Source of the DNA: Narcine bancroftii
Taxonomy: Eukaryota
Reading direction: 5' to 3'
Assembly (NCBI RefSeq): GCF_036971445.1
Contig: NC_091480.1
Location: 11,098,001 to 11,162,000 of the forward strand
DNA: 64,000 bases
The notes under the pieces are model-generated. The model was not told the DNA's origin. It ran no database searches and worked only from the letters and a program-made list of their open reading frames with translations. This document shows, piece by piece, positions 49,224 to 61,273 of this stretch. Numbering within the stretch: position 1 is the first letter of the stretch; each line of letters begins with the position of its first letter. Made by a program: the position numbers and the translations under genes.

Positions 49224-50240
49224 ATGTATGGCAGTCTCTTCAATCTGAGGCGCCTGCAAGCTCACACCAAGACACAAGAGAAACTTGTCCGTGAACTACT
49301 CTTTGCAGATGATGCCGCTTTAGTTGCCCATTCAGAGCCAGCTCTTCAGCGCTTGACGTCCTGCTTTGCGGAAACTGCCAAAATGTTTGGCCTGGAAGTC
49401 AGCCTGAAGAAAACTGAGGTCCTCCATCAGCCAGCTCCCCACCATGACTACCAGCCCCCCCACATCTCCATCGGGCACACAAAACTCAAAACGGTCAACC
49501 AGTTTACCTATCTCGGCTGCACCATTTCATCAGATGCAAGGATCGACAATGAGATAGACAACAGACTCGCCAAGGCAAATAGCGCCTTTGGAAGACTACA
49601 CAAAAGAGTCTGGAAAAACAACCAACTGAAAAACCTCACAAAGATAAGCGTATACAGAGCCGTTGTCATACCCACACTCCTGTTCGGCTCCGAATCATGG
49701 GTCCTCTACCGGCACCACCTACGGCTCCTAGAACGCTTCCACCAGCGTTGTCTCCGCTCCATCCTCAACATCCATTGGAGCGCTCACACCCCTAACGTCG
49801 AGGTACTCGAGATGGCAGAGGTCGACAGCATCGAGTCCACGCTGCTGAAGATCCAGCTGCGCTGGATGGGTCACGTCTCCAGAATGGAGGACCATCGCCT
49901 TCCCAAGATCGTATTATATGGCGAGCTCTCCACTGGCCACCGTGACAGAGGTGCACCAAAGAAAAGGTACAAGGACTGCCTAAAGAAATCTCTTGGTGCC
50001 TGCCACATTGACCACCGCCAGTGGGCTGATAACGCCTCAAACCGTGCATCTTGGCGCCTCACAGTTTGGCGGGCAGCAGCCTCCTTTGAAGAAGACCGCA
50101 GAGCCCACCTCACTGACAAAAGGCAAAGGAGGAAAAACCCAACACCCAACCCCAACCAACCAATTTTCCCTTGCAACCGCTGCAATCGTGTCTGCCTGTC
50201 CCGCATCGGACTGGTCAGCCACAAACAAGCCTGCAGCTGA
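49224..50240 (+). CDS. RTE LINE ORF, C-terminal 338 aa (RT catalytic LFADD, thumb region, Cys/His tail); 5'-truncated
   Basis: Uninterrupted frame: LLFADDAAL, FTYLG, LRWMGHV, CNRCNRVCLSRIGLVSHKQAC. The ATG comes from the insertion flank, so this is not a host gene. Confidence 0.85.
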   Translation: MYGSLFNLRRLQAHTKTQEKLVRELLFADDAALVAHSEPALQRLTSCFAETAKMFGLEVSLKKTEVLHQPAPHHDYQPPHISIGHTKLKTVNQFTYLGCTISSDARIDNEIDNRLAKANSAFGRLHKRVWKNNQLKNLTKISVYRAVVIPTLLFGSESWVLYRHHLRLLERFHQRCLRSILNIHWSAHTPNVEVLEMAEVDSIESTLLKIQLRWMGHVSRMEDHRLPKIVLYGELSTGHRDRGAPKKRYKDCLKKSLGACHIDHRQWADNASNRASWRLTVWRAAASFEEDRRAHLTDKRQRRKNPTPNPNQPIFPCNRCNRVCLSRIGLVSHKQACS

Positions 50241-50300
50241 CGTGGACTTTTTTACCCCCTCCATAAATCTTCGTCCGCGAAGCCAAGCCAAAGACAAAGA
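49228..50300 (+). mobile_element. RTE-clade LINE (AviRTE-like), young 5'-truncated copy
   Basis: Open RT frame, short 3' UTR ending cttcgtccgcgaagccaagcc, and an (aaag)-like tail. Confidence 0.95.
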
Positions 50301-50744
50301 TTAATCTATAATAAAAAATATTTTAGTGTTGCTATTCTTTGACTTTTGGGCAAAGTTTTTTTTCCCCCCCTCACTGTAGCTCATAATCATCAATTTATAG
50401 ACAAGAATTCACAACATTACAGAGTGGTTTTCCAAGCAATTCAGTCCCTGCAGATTGCCTAATGTAATCCCTATCTGTCCTTGATAACTAATTTATTATA
50501 TTTCCTACAGACTACATCAGGAATGCAATGAAATTTTAAAAAAGCTAAAGCATCTTCTCCCTTTTGCTCTCCTGTCCATCTTCCCCTTTCTGTGAACAAA
50601 ACTCCCCTTCATGTTTCCCTGCTCAGGTCAGGTTCCACTCATTCGTCACCACTGAATTACCTTGTGTCTTGGTCTGAGAAAGCCCCTTACTAATTTTGTA
50701 CTCTGCTCTATCTTTACAATCCTCACAGTGTCCTCCTGAATGTC

Positions 50745-51100
50745 TGGCAGTGCATGAGACCACCCATAAATTGGAGGAACAACACCTTATCTTCCGACTG
50801 GGCACCCTCCAACCAGATTAAAATTGACTTCTCTGGTTTTCGTTAAACCCCCACCCCACCCACATCTTCCACTGTCGCCTCGCCATTCCCTGTCTCCTTT
50901 TGCACAGAATGATAAATTCCACCTTATCACATCCAATCAACACCTTCTGTTGGTCTGGATTCTATCCCCCATTGTTTGGATCCTGAGACTTTCTGATATC
51001 CTGATTTTTCCTTGAGGAAGGGTTCATACCCGAAACATCGGCAATGTATCTTTGTCTCCTAAAGATGCTGAAAAGACCGGCTGAGTTAGTTCCTCCAGTG
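50745..51100 (+). mobile_element. Penelope-like 3' fragment
   Basis: Encodes KLEEQHLIFRLGTLQP and has the tail cttgaggaagggttcatacccgaaacatcg. Confidence 0.75.
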
Positions 51101-52229
51101 TTTCAGTTTTATTTTTTCCCCTTCTGGATACTGACCCTGTCTCTCTCTCCTCTCTCTCTCCCTCAACTGCAGCGACCTACAAAATGTTTCCAGCAGTTTT
51201 TATATTTAATGCTGATTGTCATATCTGAGCCAGATTTCAATGGAAAGTATTGCAAATATGATCATCTTTAAATGCCGTGCAATGAAGGCATAACAACAAC
51301 CTGAGTCCCGACAATTGTTAGAGTCATGAATGCCCCAGCTGGTTTATTTCTCACAGTTTTTGTTCAGATCTTTGACACTCTTTTACATACCAAGCATGCA
51401 TTTTACTTAGCAGATAGAGCAAACATTTTTATTAAATGGTTTTTTTTTCACTATGAAACCTTAGTTTTGTTGTAAACTTAGCTATGTTGTTGGCAGTATG
51501 CCCCACAAATAAAAGGTGGTCATGCTGTAATTACACCTTCCTGCCAGTAGTGGCAGTGCAGCACCTTAGTCAAGTTCTTGGCATGCAGATCTCAGCCCCT
51601 TGGTGTTTGCAATGGGGAAATGTTCCCACTTCAGACAACATTACTTACTTCCATACTTCTAATTGGTCGATAATTATAAATATCACATATCAAAGTATTG
51701 AGCTGGCTGTTTCTGGGAGTTTTGCAACAGCTCAGCCAATGTTCAGTCGCGTAAGCGATAGTAAATCCCAAGTTTCTCAAGAAACATGGAATTGAGGTGT
51801 GGTGCCCAATCCTGCTGGGATTCTCCAGCATTTCAGATTCCTTGCTAGTTCTCACCTGTTGTAAGATCAGAGACACCATAGATTTCACCATAGATTTTGC
51901 AAAACGAATTTCACTTATGTTTTTTAAATTGTTTTCTTGCTGCTCTCAATTTTCTCATACTATTGAAAGAATTTTTTACATTAATTTATAATAAACTCCT
52001 GTTTATCTGTATTTATGCATCTTGAATTCTCATGCAACAGGAAAGATTTCTCAGAATATTAAGTAATTTCATATTTTTTTCAAAAAAAAACAAGTATCTA
52101 TAGCCCACTAGCTAAATTGCATTGTTGAGTGATTCCAATTTAAGTAGCAGACTTGCGTAAAAGTCAAAACTCAAAGTTCAGATTTATTATCAGAGTGCAA
52201 ACATGATATGATCTACAACCCTGAGATTC

Positions 52230-52727
52230 TTTTTCCTGCGTAATCCATGCATAGTATACCCAAGGATGAGTGTTTATAGAAACATAAAATTATGAAAGGA
52301 GTGGATAAGATAGAAACAGGGAGCTTGATTGCATTGGAAGGTGATACCAGATAATTTTTCCTGCGTAATCCATGCATAGTATACCCAAGGATGAGTGTTT
52401 ATAGAAACATAAAATTATGAAAGGAGTGGATAAGATAGAAACAGGGAGCTTGACTGCATTGGAAGGTGACACCAGATAATTTTTCCTGCGTAATCCATGC
52501 ATAGTATTCCCAAGGATGAGTGTTTATAGAAACATAAAATTATGAAAGGAGTGGATAAGATAGAAACAGGGAGCTTGATTGCATTGGAAGGTGATACCAG
52601 ATAATTTTTCCTGCGTAATCCATGCATAGTATACCCAAGGATGAGTGTTTATAGAAACATAAAATTATGAAAGGAGTGGATAAGATAGAAACAGGGAGCT
52701 TGATTGCATTGGAAGGTGATACCAGAT
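52230..52727. repeat. Tandem array, 125-bp unit x ~4
   Basis: Units start at 52230, 52355, 52480 and 52605 and are nearly identical. Confidence 0.97.
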
Positions 52728-52990
52728 CAAGGGGACATAGCCCCAAAATTTTGGGGAATAGATTTGACAAATAAAGGGGAACTGCTTGTCCTAGAGACCA
52801 GTGCATCTGAGTAATTTTCTGCCCAATGGAGGTTGTCACGTTAAACTGAAATACAGTTGGATAGATTTTTGAATGGTAGGGAAACTAAGGGTTATGGGGC
52901 AAAATGGAGCTGAGTCCCTGGCCAGACCAGCCATGATCTTAGTGAATGGTGGATCAGGCTCGACGGACCAGATGACTGACTGTTGCTCCC
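52728..52990 (+). mobile_element. CR1 LINE 3' end, continuing from the array unit
   Basis: aggggacatagccccaaaatt...gatagatttttgaat..aagggttatgggg...ccatgatcttagtgaatgg. Confidence 0.75.
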
Positions 52991-52999
52991 ATTTCTTTT

Positions 53000-53610
53000 T
53001 CTTTTCAATGTTTTTATTAACATTGAAATTTCCCATCAAAATATACGGAGGACATGAAGTCAAAAAGATACGTTACACTTAAACCATATCCCTTCATCAA
53101 AGGTTCCCGACATTCTCAATCAAATAAATTACATTGTATTAATATTTATTACATTAAAAAAAGATCTAAACCCACTACCAAAAATAAAATGAAGACAGAA
53201 TTCTTATCAGAATGATAAATGACCTCATTAGTCAACAGTTCTACCTTAACAATAAATCAAAGATTATGAAAGTAATTCAAAAAAGGTTCCCACAATGCTT
53301 GAAAATTTGAATTCAAATTGGAAATTGAGCATCTAATCCTCTCTAAATTTAAACGTGGACGTCACGCAGCCATCGAGCATGATGAGGCGGGGCAACGTCC
53401 CTCCATCTGAGCAACACCGCCCGCCTCGCTTTACGAGAAATAACAGCAGGTCATACAGATGAAATGCTGTTAAAGTTATGCCGTTCTCTCCAACAATACC
53501 AAATAAGGCAGTTAAGGGATTAGGTTTAAAATTAACTTTAAAAGATGCAGAGAGAGCTTGAAATACTTTGTCCCAATATTTATCTAGATTCTGACATGTT
53601 CAAACATATG
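53000..53610 (-). mobile_element. L1-clade LINE 3' fragment
   Basis: Minus strand encodes KARRAVLLRWRDVAPPHHARWLRDV, homologous to 12735-13190. Confidence 0.72.
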
Positions 53611-53883
53611 GTCCTAATTCTTCATTTCTATTCTTTTAAAATTGCTCATTTTTTTGGAAAATATGCTCAAACAGTGAATTTTTATTTTATGTTATACAAA
53701 ATAGATGTCAATTATAATTAGTTATTTACATTAGCAGAAACTTCTTTAAAGATTTGATACTTTAGGTGATAACGAACAGTCATTCATTTGATTTAGATTT
53801 GTTGTCATTTACATTATTTATGTTTAGACTTAAAATATAGAATTACTGTGCAAAATATTGCTATTTAAAAAAGGTAACATATA

Positions 53884-55021
53884 CAGGCAAACCTTGCTCT
53901 ACCCTACCTCAATCAACGCAAAATTCTGTTACCCTGATTTGGAAAGCTACGACCATTTCCTGTTTTACACATGTCATTATTCAGTTACCGCGAGATTGTT
54001 CTGAAAATTTCTGGAAGGCTTGAGTTACAAGTAGATGGTGTGAATGGCCCAAAATAAAATATGCGCAAATATCAGTCAGACTCAGCGTGTGCCCCCTATT
54101 AAATATGGCTAAAAGAAAATGTGGAAAAAGAATCTGACGGTGATATTAAAAGGAAAAGAAAAGCAATGACTTTAGAAGAAAAACTTGGTTATTAAACGAC
54201 ACAAAAACGGTGCCAGCAATGTGAAACTCAGACACAATCTGGGCTACAATGAGTTCACGGTGCATACAGTTTTAATTCAGAAGCATGAATATAAAGAACA
54301 AGGTCAAGATCCAACAGTTTCTCCAAGTGCAAATCTCTCAAAACAGAAGTCCATTAATGACTGAAATGGAACAGTTACTTCATCTTTGGATTGAAGATTG
54401 TAACCAAAAGTGAATGCAACAAAAAAAAAAACATTCAAACCAAAGCTTTAAGCATCTTTTTGATGCTTAAAGAAAATAAATTTCAAGGAGATACGGAAAC
54501 TTTTGCTGCAAGTTTCGGTTGGTTTGACCGCTTTAAACATTGATCAGAATTACACAGTGTAAGAATTACAGGGGAAGCTGCCAGCGCTGATAAAAATGCT
54601 GCAGCAAAACTTCCAGAAAATTCTCAAAAAGGATTTGAACTTGTTGATTTTTATCTAAATGTTGATCCTAAGCTTAGAAGTTCACAGCAATTTAGATAAA
54701 GCGATCACTACCAATAGGAAATTCTATAATGAGAGAAAAAAAACTTTGGACAAATATTTTTTCTAAGAAATAGTTTAGTTATTATGTAATTATGAAATAA
54801 ATGAAAAATATCACAATTATTTTTATTAACCTTAATAGTTTTGGCATTATATGCATCTTAAAGTTCTTTTTAAAACCCATTTTTGTAGGTCTTGATGGAC
54901 AATCTGAAAGGACAGCGATTGATTGTAATTATTCCCATTGATTCTATCAATTGTTTAACAGGAATTTGTCTTACGCAAGTAAAAATTGGGATGAATTAAT
55001 CGCGTAAAGCAGGTTTGCCTG
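53884..55021 (+). mobile_element. Tigger/pogo DNA transposon, internally deleted, with TIRs and TA TSD
   Basis: TA|CAGGCAAACCTTGCT...AGCAGGTTTGCCTG|TA. Decayed ORF from 54105: KRKRKAMTLEEKL..EMEQLLHLWIED..FAASFGWFDRFK..GEAASAD (CENP-B-type HTH). The DDE domain is missing. Confidence 0.92.
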
Positions 55022-56866
55022 TAGTTTGGTGATTTATTTAAAATGTTATGCATGGAATACAATTGTTTGATGACCAGTAATTTATTTGAGCAACGTTCCT
55101 GCAATGCTCTTCCCCAAAAAAGAACTGTGCCACTCAATTCAGCAGCTGGTAATGCTGGGGTAGGGTATGCCAGCTATCAAAGCTATTCAGCATGTTTTAG
55201 AGAGGCTTTCTCACTGTGCTACAGCATACCTAGTTACCGATCATCTGGGCCTCTCATTGACATTCAGCATCTGGGACCAGGTCGGTGGACAATGGGTTGG
55301 TGATTTTCAGTAGGGATAATGAGGTGGGGGGGGGGGTGGGGGGGAGTGAAGTGGAGTGGGGTCTCAGGCAAGTGTGATCCAGTCTCTTTTCAAGTTCAAA
55401 TTTATTGTCACGTCAATCCCAGCTAAGGGGGAAAGTTTCATTCCACAAGCTATCCAGCTAGTCAACGCTTGACGAAGAACAGTTCTAGTTTCAACTGATG
55501 TTGATTAATACATCAAATGCAGCACATTAATTAATTAACCTAAATATTGATTCATAAATATAACTTGGTCAATGTTTATTCTGGGATGGCTACAGATAAG
55601 TGAGGTGTGCGGTGCAGGGGCTAGGATGTGTGTTGCTTGGTAATGACAGCCAAGCTGAAATTCCATCGGCTCCATTACCAAGGACAGCGAGAGACTTTGG
55701 AATGAGTGTTGCCTGATAACAACTGCCCGGCTGATAAATTTCCAACATCCCAGTCTCTCCCTGGAATCACGTGACTTACAAGAACTAAGGGAACCAAAAC
55801 TGCAAAAATACATGACTCACCATTTAAGATTACAGCCATTCCTCAATTTACAAAGGGGACATCTTCCTGGAAAATATCTCTTTTCTGAGGGGAGAGGGAC
55901 ATGTCTGTGTGATTGATGCACAATCTGGTGCATCCTGTACGATGGCGTTGCACAGCTTGATGGGATAATGCTTGCTGCCTAGGACATGATAGTTTGAGAT
56001 TGGTTAATGTAAGCAGGCAATGGAGAATTTAAACCCATGCATTTGTATATTCGGGAAGCTCTTTGATCCCATATGACAGACCTCCCCACCAACCTTGTGT
56101 GAAATTAAAAGAACAGGAAATTAAAGTGACTAAGTCCTCCATTCCTTATGTTATGTTTACTAAAGAATAGAGCACTACCCTGGACCTGGACAAAATGGGA
56201 GTCAAAAAGCAGCCACTGTGGCTGATGGTGTTTGTGCTCTACGCCATCAGTTGAAATAACGAGACCACACCTGAAGTTGTCAGCCAGCAAAGAGAAGAGC
56301 ATTTATCACAGCATTATCAGGCTTAATATAGACACGTGACCTGGTCTCATAACATCTGAAGTGCTAATGACATAGCTACGTTGAGTAGGCCAGGGCTTCT
56401 CAGTAGACCTATGGGTGCTGCTGAGTCACTATGCCTCGAGGCTGTAGTAGCAAGTTGCCACTAGAGAGGAGGCACAAGGCAGGAGCTGTTAGCGCTGGTT
56501 TGCCCACTCCCTCCAAGCGAACTGCTACACCATCCACAAGTGTTACAGTAAAAAGGCCAATTAGTGCAAAGCAAGGGCAGCATCAAAACACTATTGTGAG
56601 GTTCATTCAGGAGCCTGATGGCTGCAGGGAAGTCTTGGGGCATAATTTCACGCTCTTGAGCTTTCTCCCAAACAGGAGAAGGGAGAACATTGTGTGTCTG
56701 GGGTGGGATGGATCCTTCCATATGCTGGCTGCCTCAGGAAGTATAGTAGGTGATGGAGGGGTGTGATGTTCTGAGCTGCATTCACCACCTCCTGCAGCTT
56801 CTTATCATCTTGAGCAGAGCAGCTCCTGTGATGTCACCAGTTATGATGCTTTCAATGGGGTTATTA

Positions 56867-57312
56867 ATCCAGCTGCGCTGGATGGGTCACGTCTCCAGAA
56901 TGGAGGACCATCGCCTTCCCAAGATCGTGTTATATGGCGAGCTCTCCACTGGCCACCGTGACAGAGGTGCACCAAAGAAAAGGTACAAGGACTGCCTAAA
57001 GAAATCTCTTGGTGCCTGCCACATTGACCACCGCCAGTGGGCTGATATCGCCTCAAACCGTGCATCTTGGCGCCTCACAGTTTGGCGGGCAGCAACCTCC
57101 TTTGAAGAAGACCGCAGAGCCCACCTCACTGACAAAAGGCAAAGGAGGAAAAACCCAACACCCAACCCCAACCAACCAATTTTCCCCTGCAACCTCTGCA
57201 ACCGTGTCTGCCTGTCCCGCATCGGACTTGTCAGCCACAAACGAGCCTGCAGCTGACGTGGACTTTTATCCCCTCCATAAATCTTCGTCCGCGAAGCCAA
57301 GCCAAAGAAAGA
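56867..57312 (+). mobile_element. RTE-clade LINE 3' fragment inserted in a Rex1 remnant
   Basis: Near-identical to ~49850-50300. Possible ATTAAT TSD (56863-56868 / 57313-57318). Confidence 0.95.
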
Positions 57313-58681
57313 ATTAATGGACATGGGGGACACGGAACTTCCGTTGGAAGTGAAAGCATCAGTGTGCTCTCTGAGCAGATCACTGGAAGTGTTTATTCCC
57401 AAGAACGATGCTATCTACAGTCTCCACTTTTATGGAGAAAGGGGGCTTTAAAATAATCCCTGCAAAATTATGATATTCTCAAACTCGAATGTTTTCTTCC
57501 TCTGGAGAATAATGACAGAAGCCTCATGCATTTGTCCACCACACATTATGCATTTATGATAAATAGCATCTATAAGCTTGTCAAGAAAGAAAATTTGACA
57601 TGCAGCTGGTCTGTATTGGCTTTCCACTAAGCAATGCCTTCATTTAAACATTCTGAACCCTTTCTCCACCCTCTATCTGTAACATCTCCCAGCCCTACAA
57701 TCCTGCATGTTATCTGGGCTCTTCCTCGACCCACCATTTCTGCGTCCTGTTTAAAATTAATGTATAAGGGGGATATCTTCCTGAAAAGTTTCTCTTTCTG
57801 CAAAATGTTCAAAGTCCTAAAGCATTTTGGGGTCACCTGCACTTGGAGAAAGACACAGTATTCATTCTGGAGAATATATCTTTGTAAATTGGAGACATGA
57901 GTTGCAAATCAAGATATGACTGGTACAACTATTTGGTTACTGAAATTGTAAACTTTTGAATTATGCAGTAGACAAACTTGCGGGAGAAACTCAGCTGGTC
58001 ACACAGCATCCATAGGAAGTAACAGGCAAAGTTTCGAGAATGTGTAAAATCAGGCAGAATCTTGATTCCACCTTCTTAATTTCTCCACATTTCTTTCTCT
58101 CTTCAGAACACACTTTACATCACCTCTCTTATTATCTCCTTGTACAATTGTTCATTTTTGCTAGATATCCCTCCTATGAAGAACATCATCAATCAAGGCT
58201 ACTTCATAACTCAAGATTATTGTTGTTGAGTAAAATACAAAGGTCTGTGATTGAAGTAAAAAAAACCAATGGTGGAGAAACTCAGCAGGTCAAACAGTGT
58301 CCTCGATACAGCAAAGCTAAAGATACTGAACCAACGTTTCAGGCTTAAGCAAAATATAGGCAGGCACCCAAACCAAAATACTGTGTGGAGAGGGGGATTT
58401 TAAGGAACAGGGACACACAAGAAATACAGACGGAGGCATCTTGAGTAAATAATGAGATTCAATTAGTCAGGCAGGATTCATGTGGAAAAAAAAAAGGACA
58501 GTCAATAATTCAGGGAGGGTCATTTACTGAGACCACGGTAAAAGTCAAAACTTTGTGTTTTTTGATTCTTTGTTAACTTTGTACCTGTCTCTTCAAGAGA
58601 CACTATCTTACCATTAGTGTCTCTGATGTAATATGTAGTAATATCCAGCCAGCCACTGTCCGCTTTCTCACTGTTCTACAG

Positions 58682-58695
58682 GATGTGAAGAAAGC
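58682..58695 (+). other. Candidate 14-nt microexon (GATGTGAAGAAAGC)
   Basis: Strong acceptor cgctttctcactgttctacag| and donor AGC|gtgagt in unique sequence. Confidence 0.4.
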
Positions 58696-60221
58696 GTGAG
58701 TACGAGAAATTTTTCTTTGAATTTTGGTCTCTTTAAATACTTTTTGTATCTTGTGAAATTCTTTAAAGTTTTTGTATTTCTTTAAACTAGTATCACACCA
58801 TATATATTGCCTTATATGCATAATTCATTAATTAAATGTATTGTGGTTTTTAAATTTACATAAAATACTTTTTAAAAGTCTAGTATCTCTACATATCTTT
58901 TGTATCATTATTCAGTAAATACTTTGTTATTCATAGTTATGAAAGCTATACAAAATGCTTATCTATCAACAAATTAAAACTACATAAAATAACAGCCACA
59001 GAGTTTGATTTGTTGGATTAAAGAGTCCTAAGTTCGGGATTTCGTAGCTCACACCTTGGAAGATGATACTTTAAAATTAGGATATATTAGAATAAGGAAA
59101 GTTCCGTTGATAACCACTGAGCGATTCCCTAGAAACACCAAGTTCAAGTGTCCTTTATTTGTCATTTTAAAACCAAACTGCAAATGCAGCGCACAATAAA
59201 ATAATGAGACAATGTTCCCCCAAACCATGGTACTACATAAAACAACATGAGGCTACACAAAAACAGCGCAAGACAACACAAGACTACACTATTACTATGC
59301 AAGACAAAACAAACAAAAAAACTACACTGGACGACGACCTACACAAAGCAATGTAAAATGAATAAAACAGTGCAAACAATAAAATAATTAACAAAAATAT
59401 ATACATTAGGCACAGTCGAGACAAGTTACAATATAATAGACTCTGGATATTAAAAGTCCTATAGCTTGAGTGAAGAAACCGCCACTCAGTTCACAGGAGC
59501 CCAACAGCTTTGACATCTATGACAATGGCAGCAGGAAGAAGACGACTTCGCATGAGGGTGTGTGTGGTCCCCCACGGATGCTGTCTCAATGGACACGGTG
59601 CACGATGAAAAAAATTGCCCCCGATGGCGAAAGAGAGACCCGAAGACCTCCTCAACTGACCTCACACCCACGACAGGCACACAACACAGTCACTCTTTAC
59701 ACCACGACACACCCTCCACAAAGCACGTCATGGCATCTCACCCCAGCCACAAGCGATGCTGAAGACTGGAGGCTTCGCCCCCCCCATAGCAGTCAAGGTT
59801 GTGTAGCTTCACAGCTTCTTCCCAAAAGTTTGTTATTGCTTGGCAATTTCCATATTGCAACAATGTCTCATGATGCTCTACTATCCATTTTCTTTCCAGT
59901 TAAAAATTGTGCACGGTGCATTAGTTAAAAAGTTATGGTCGCACCAGGTCTGGAGAGGTCTGCACATGCAGGAGGTGGAGAGATAGAGAGGTTTTGGATG
60001 AAAATGAAAAGTAGAGGACTTAGTTATTATTGTGAAGAGCTGAAAGAATTAGAATTAGAGGAGCCAAAATCTCAGAGGATTGTCAAACTGAAGTGGGCTC
60101 CGGGTATTGGAACGAAGGGAAACAATGGAAAAATTGCTAAACAAAGAAGAGAATTTTCTGCTTTCAAGATCTTACACCAATGAGGTTCCATTTGTAAATT
60201 TCTGCAGCCTACTTAGTGTAC

Positions 60222-60430
60222 AGCAGCACGGTCAGCGTAGCAATTAGCGCAACGCTATTTCAGCGCTGGTGACCCAGGTTCAAATCCAATGCAGTCCGTA
60301 AGGAGATCATATATTCTCCCCATGTCTCCATGGGTTTCCTCTGGTTTCCTCCCATCCTTCAAAACCATACAGGGGTGCATCTGAAGGGCGAAGGACCTGT
60401 TACCATGCTGTATGTCTAAATTAAAAAATT
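60222..60430 (+). mobile_element. HE1/V-SINE-like SINE
   Basis: Matches 38992-39257. Confidence 0.72.
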
Positions 60431-60566
60431 TATAAGAACAAGGAAAATGGGGGCAAGAGTCAACCACATGGTCTGTAGATCTTTCTCTGCCATTCAAAAA
60501 GATCACAGCTGATTAGCTCCACTTCCTGTTCTCCGAGACCAGTGATTCTCAACCCTTCTCCACCCA

Positions 60567-60811
60567 TGGTTAGCATAGTGGTTTAGGGCAACGCTGTTAC
60601 AGCGCCAGTGATCAGGACTGGTGTTTGAATCTCGTACTGTCTGTAAGGAGTATTATGTCCTCCCTATGTCTGGGTGGGTTTCCTCCGGGTGCTCTGGTTT
60701 CCTCCCACCATCAAAATGTACCGACCGGGGTATAGATTAATTGGGTGGCACAGGCTCATTGGCTGACAGGGCCTGTTACCGTGCTGAATGCATGTCCAAT
60801 GTGTGTCTAAA
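60567..60811 (+). mobile_element. HE1/V-SINE-like SINE nested in a hAT MITE
   Basis: Matches 38992-39257 and is flanked by MITE segments (cagtgattctcaacc at 60540; tttccacttacatatcacc at 60812). Confidence 0.7.
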
Positions 60812-60831
60812 TTTCCACTTACATATCACCT

Positions 60832-61273
60832 TCTTTCTTTGGCTTGGCTTCGCGGACGAATATTTAAGGAGGGGTAATGTCCACGTCAGCTGCAGGCTCG
60901 TTTGTGGCTGACAAGTCCAATGCGGGACAGGCAGACACGGTTGCAGTGGTTGCAAGGGAAAATTGGTCGGTTGGGGTTGGGTGTTGGGTTTTTCCTCCTT
61001 TGTCTTTTGTCAGTGAGGTGGGCTCTGCGGTCTTCTTCAAAGGAGGTTGCTGCCCGCCGAACTGTGAGGCGCCAAGATGCACGGTTTGAGGCGATATCAG
61101 CCCACTGGCAGTGGTCAATATGGCAGGCACCAAGAGATTTCTTTAGGCAGTCCTTGTACCTCTTCTTTGGTGGCCAGTGGAGAGCTCGCCATATAACACG
61201 ATCTTGGGAAGGCGATGGTCCTCCATTCTGGAGATGTGACCTACCCAGCGCAGTTTGATCTTCAGCAGCGTGG
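60832..61273 (-). mobile_element. RTE-clade LINE 3' fragment
   Basis: Reverse complement of the RTE 3' region, with a small deletion. Confidence 0.93.

Noticed and set aside
49792-50304. Recurrent antisense and alternative-frame ORFs in RTE copies
   Set aside because: They recur only because the copies are nearly identical; no evidence of independent coding.
49213-50312. TSD around the longest RTE copy (ttagactataat / ttaatctataat)
   Set aside because: Two mismatches in AT-rich sequence are hard to reconcile with such a young insertion; not asserted.
52230-52727. CRISPR-like array
   Set aside because: No unique spacers, the whole 125-bp unit repeats, the context is eukaryotic, and there are no cas genes.
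55774-55812. Minus-strand 20-nt microexon (tttttgcag|...|gtaagt)
   Set aside because: Isolated, opposite to the other candidates, and consistent with chance.
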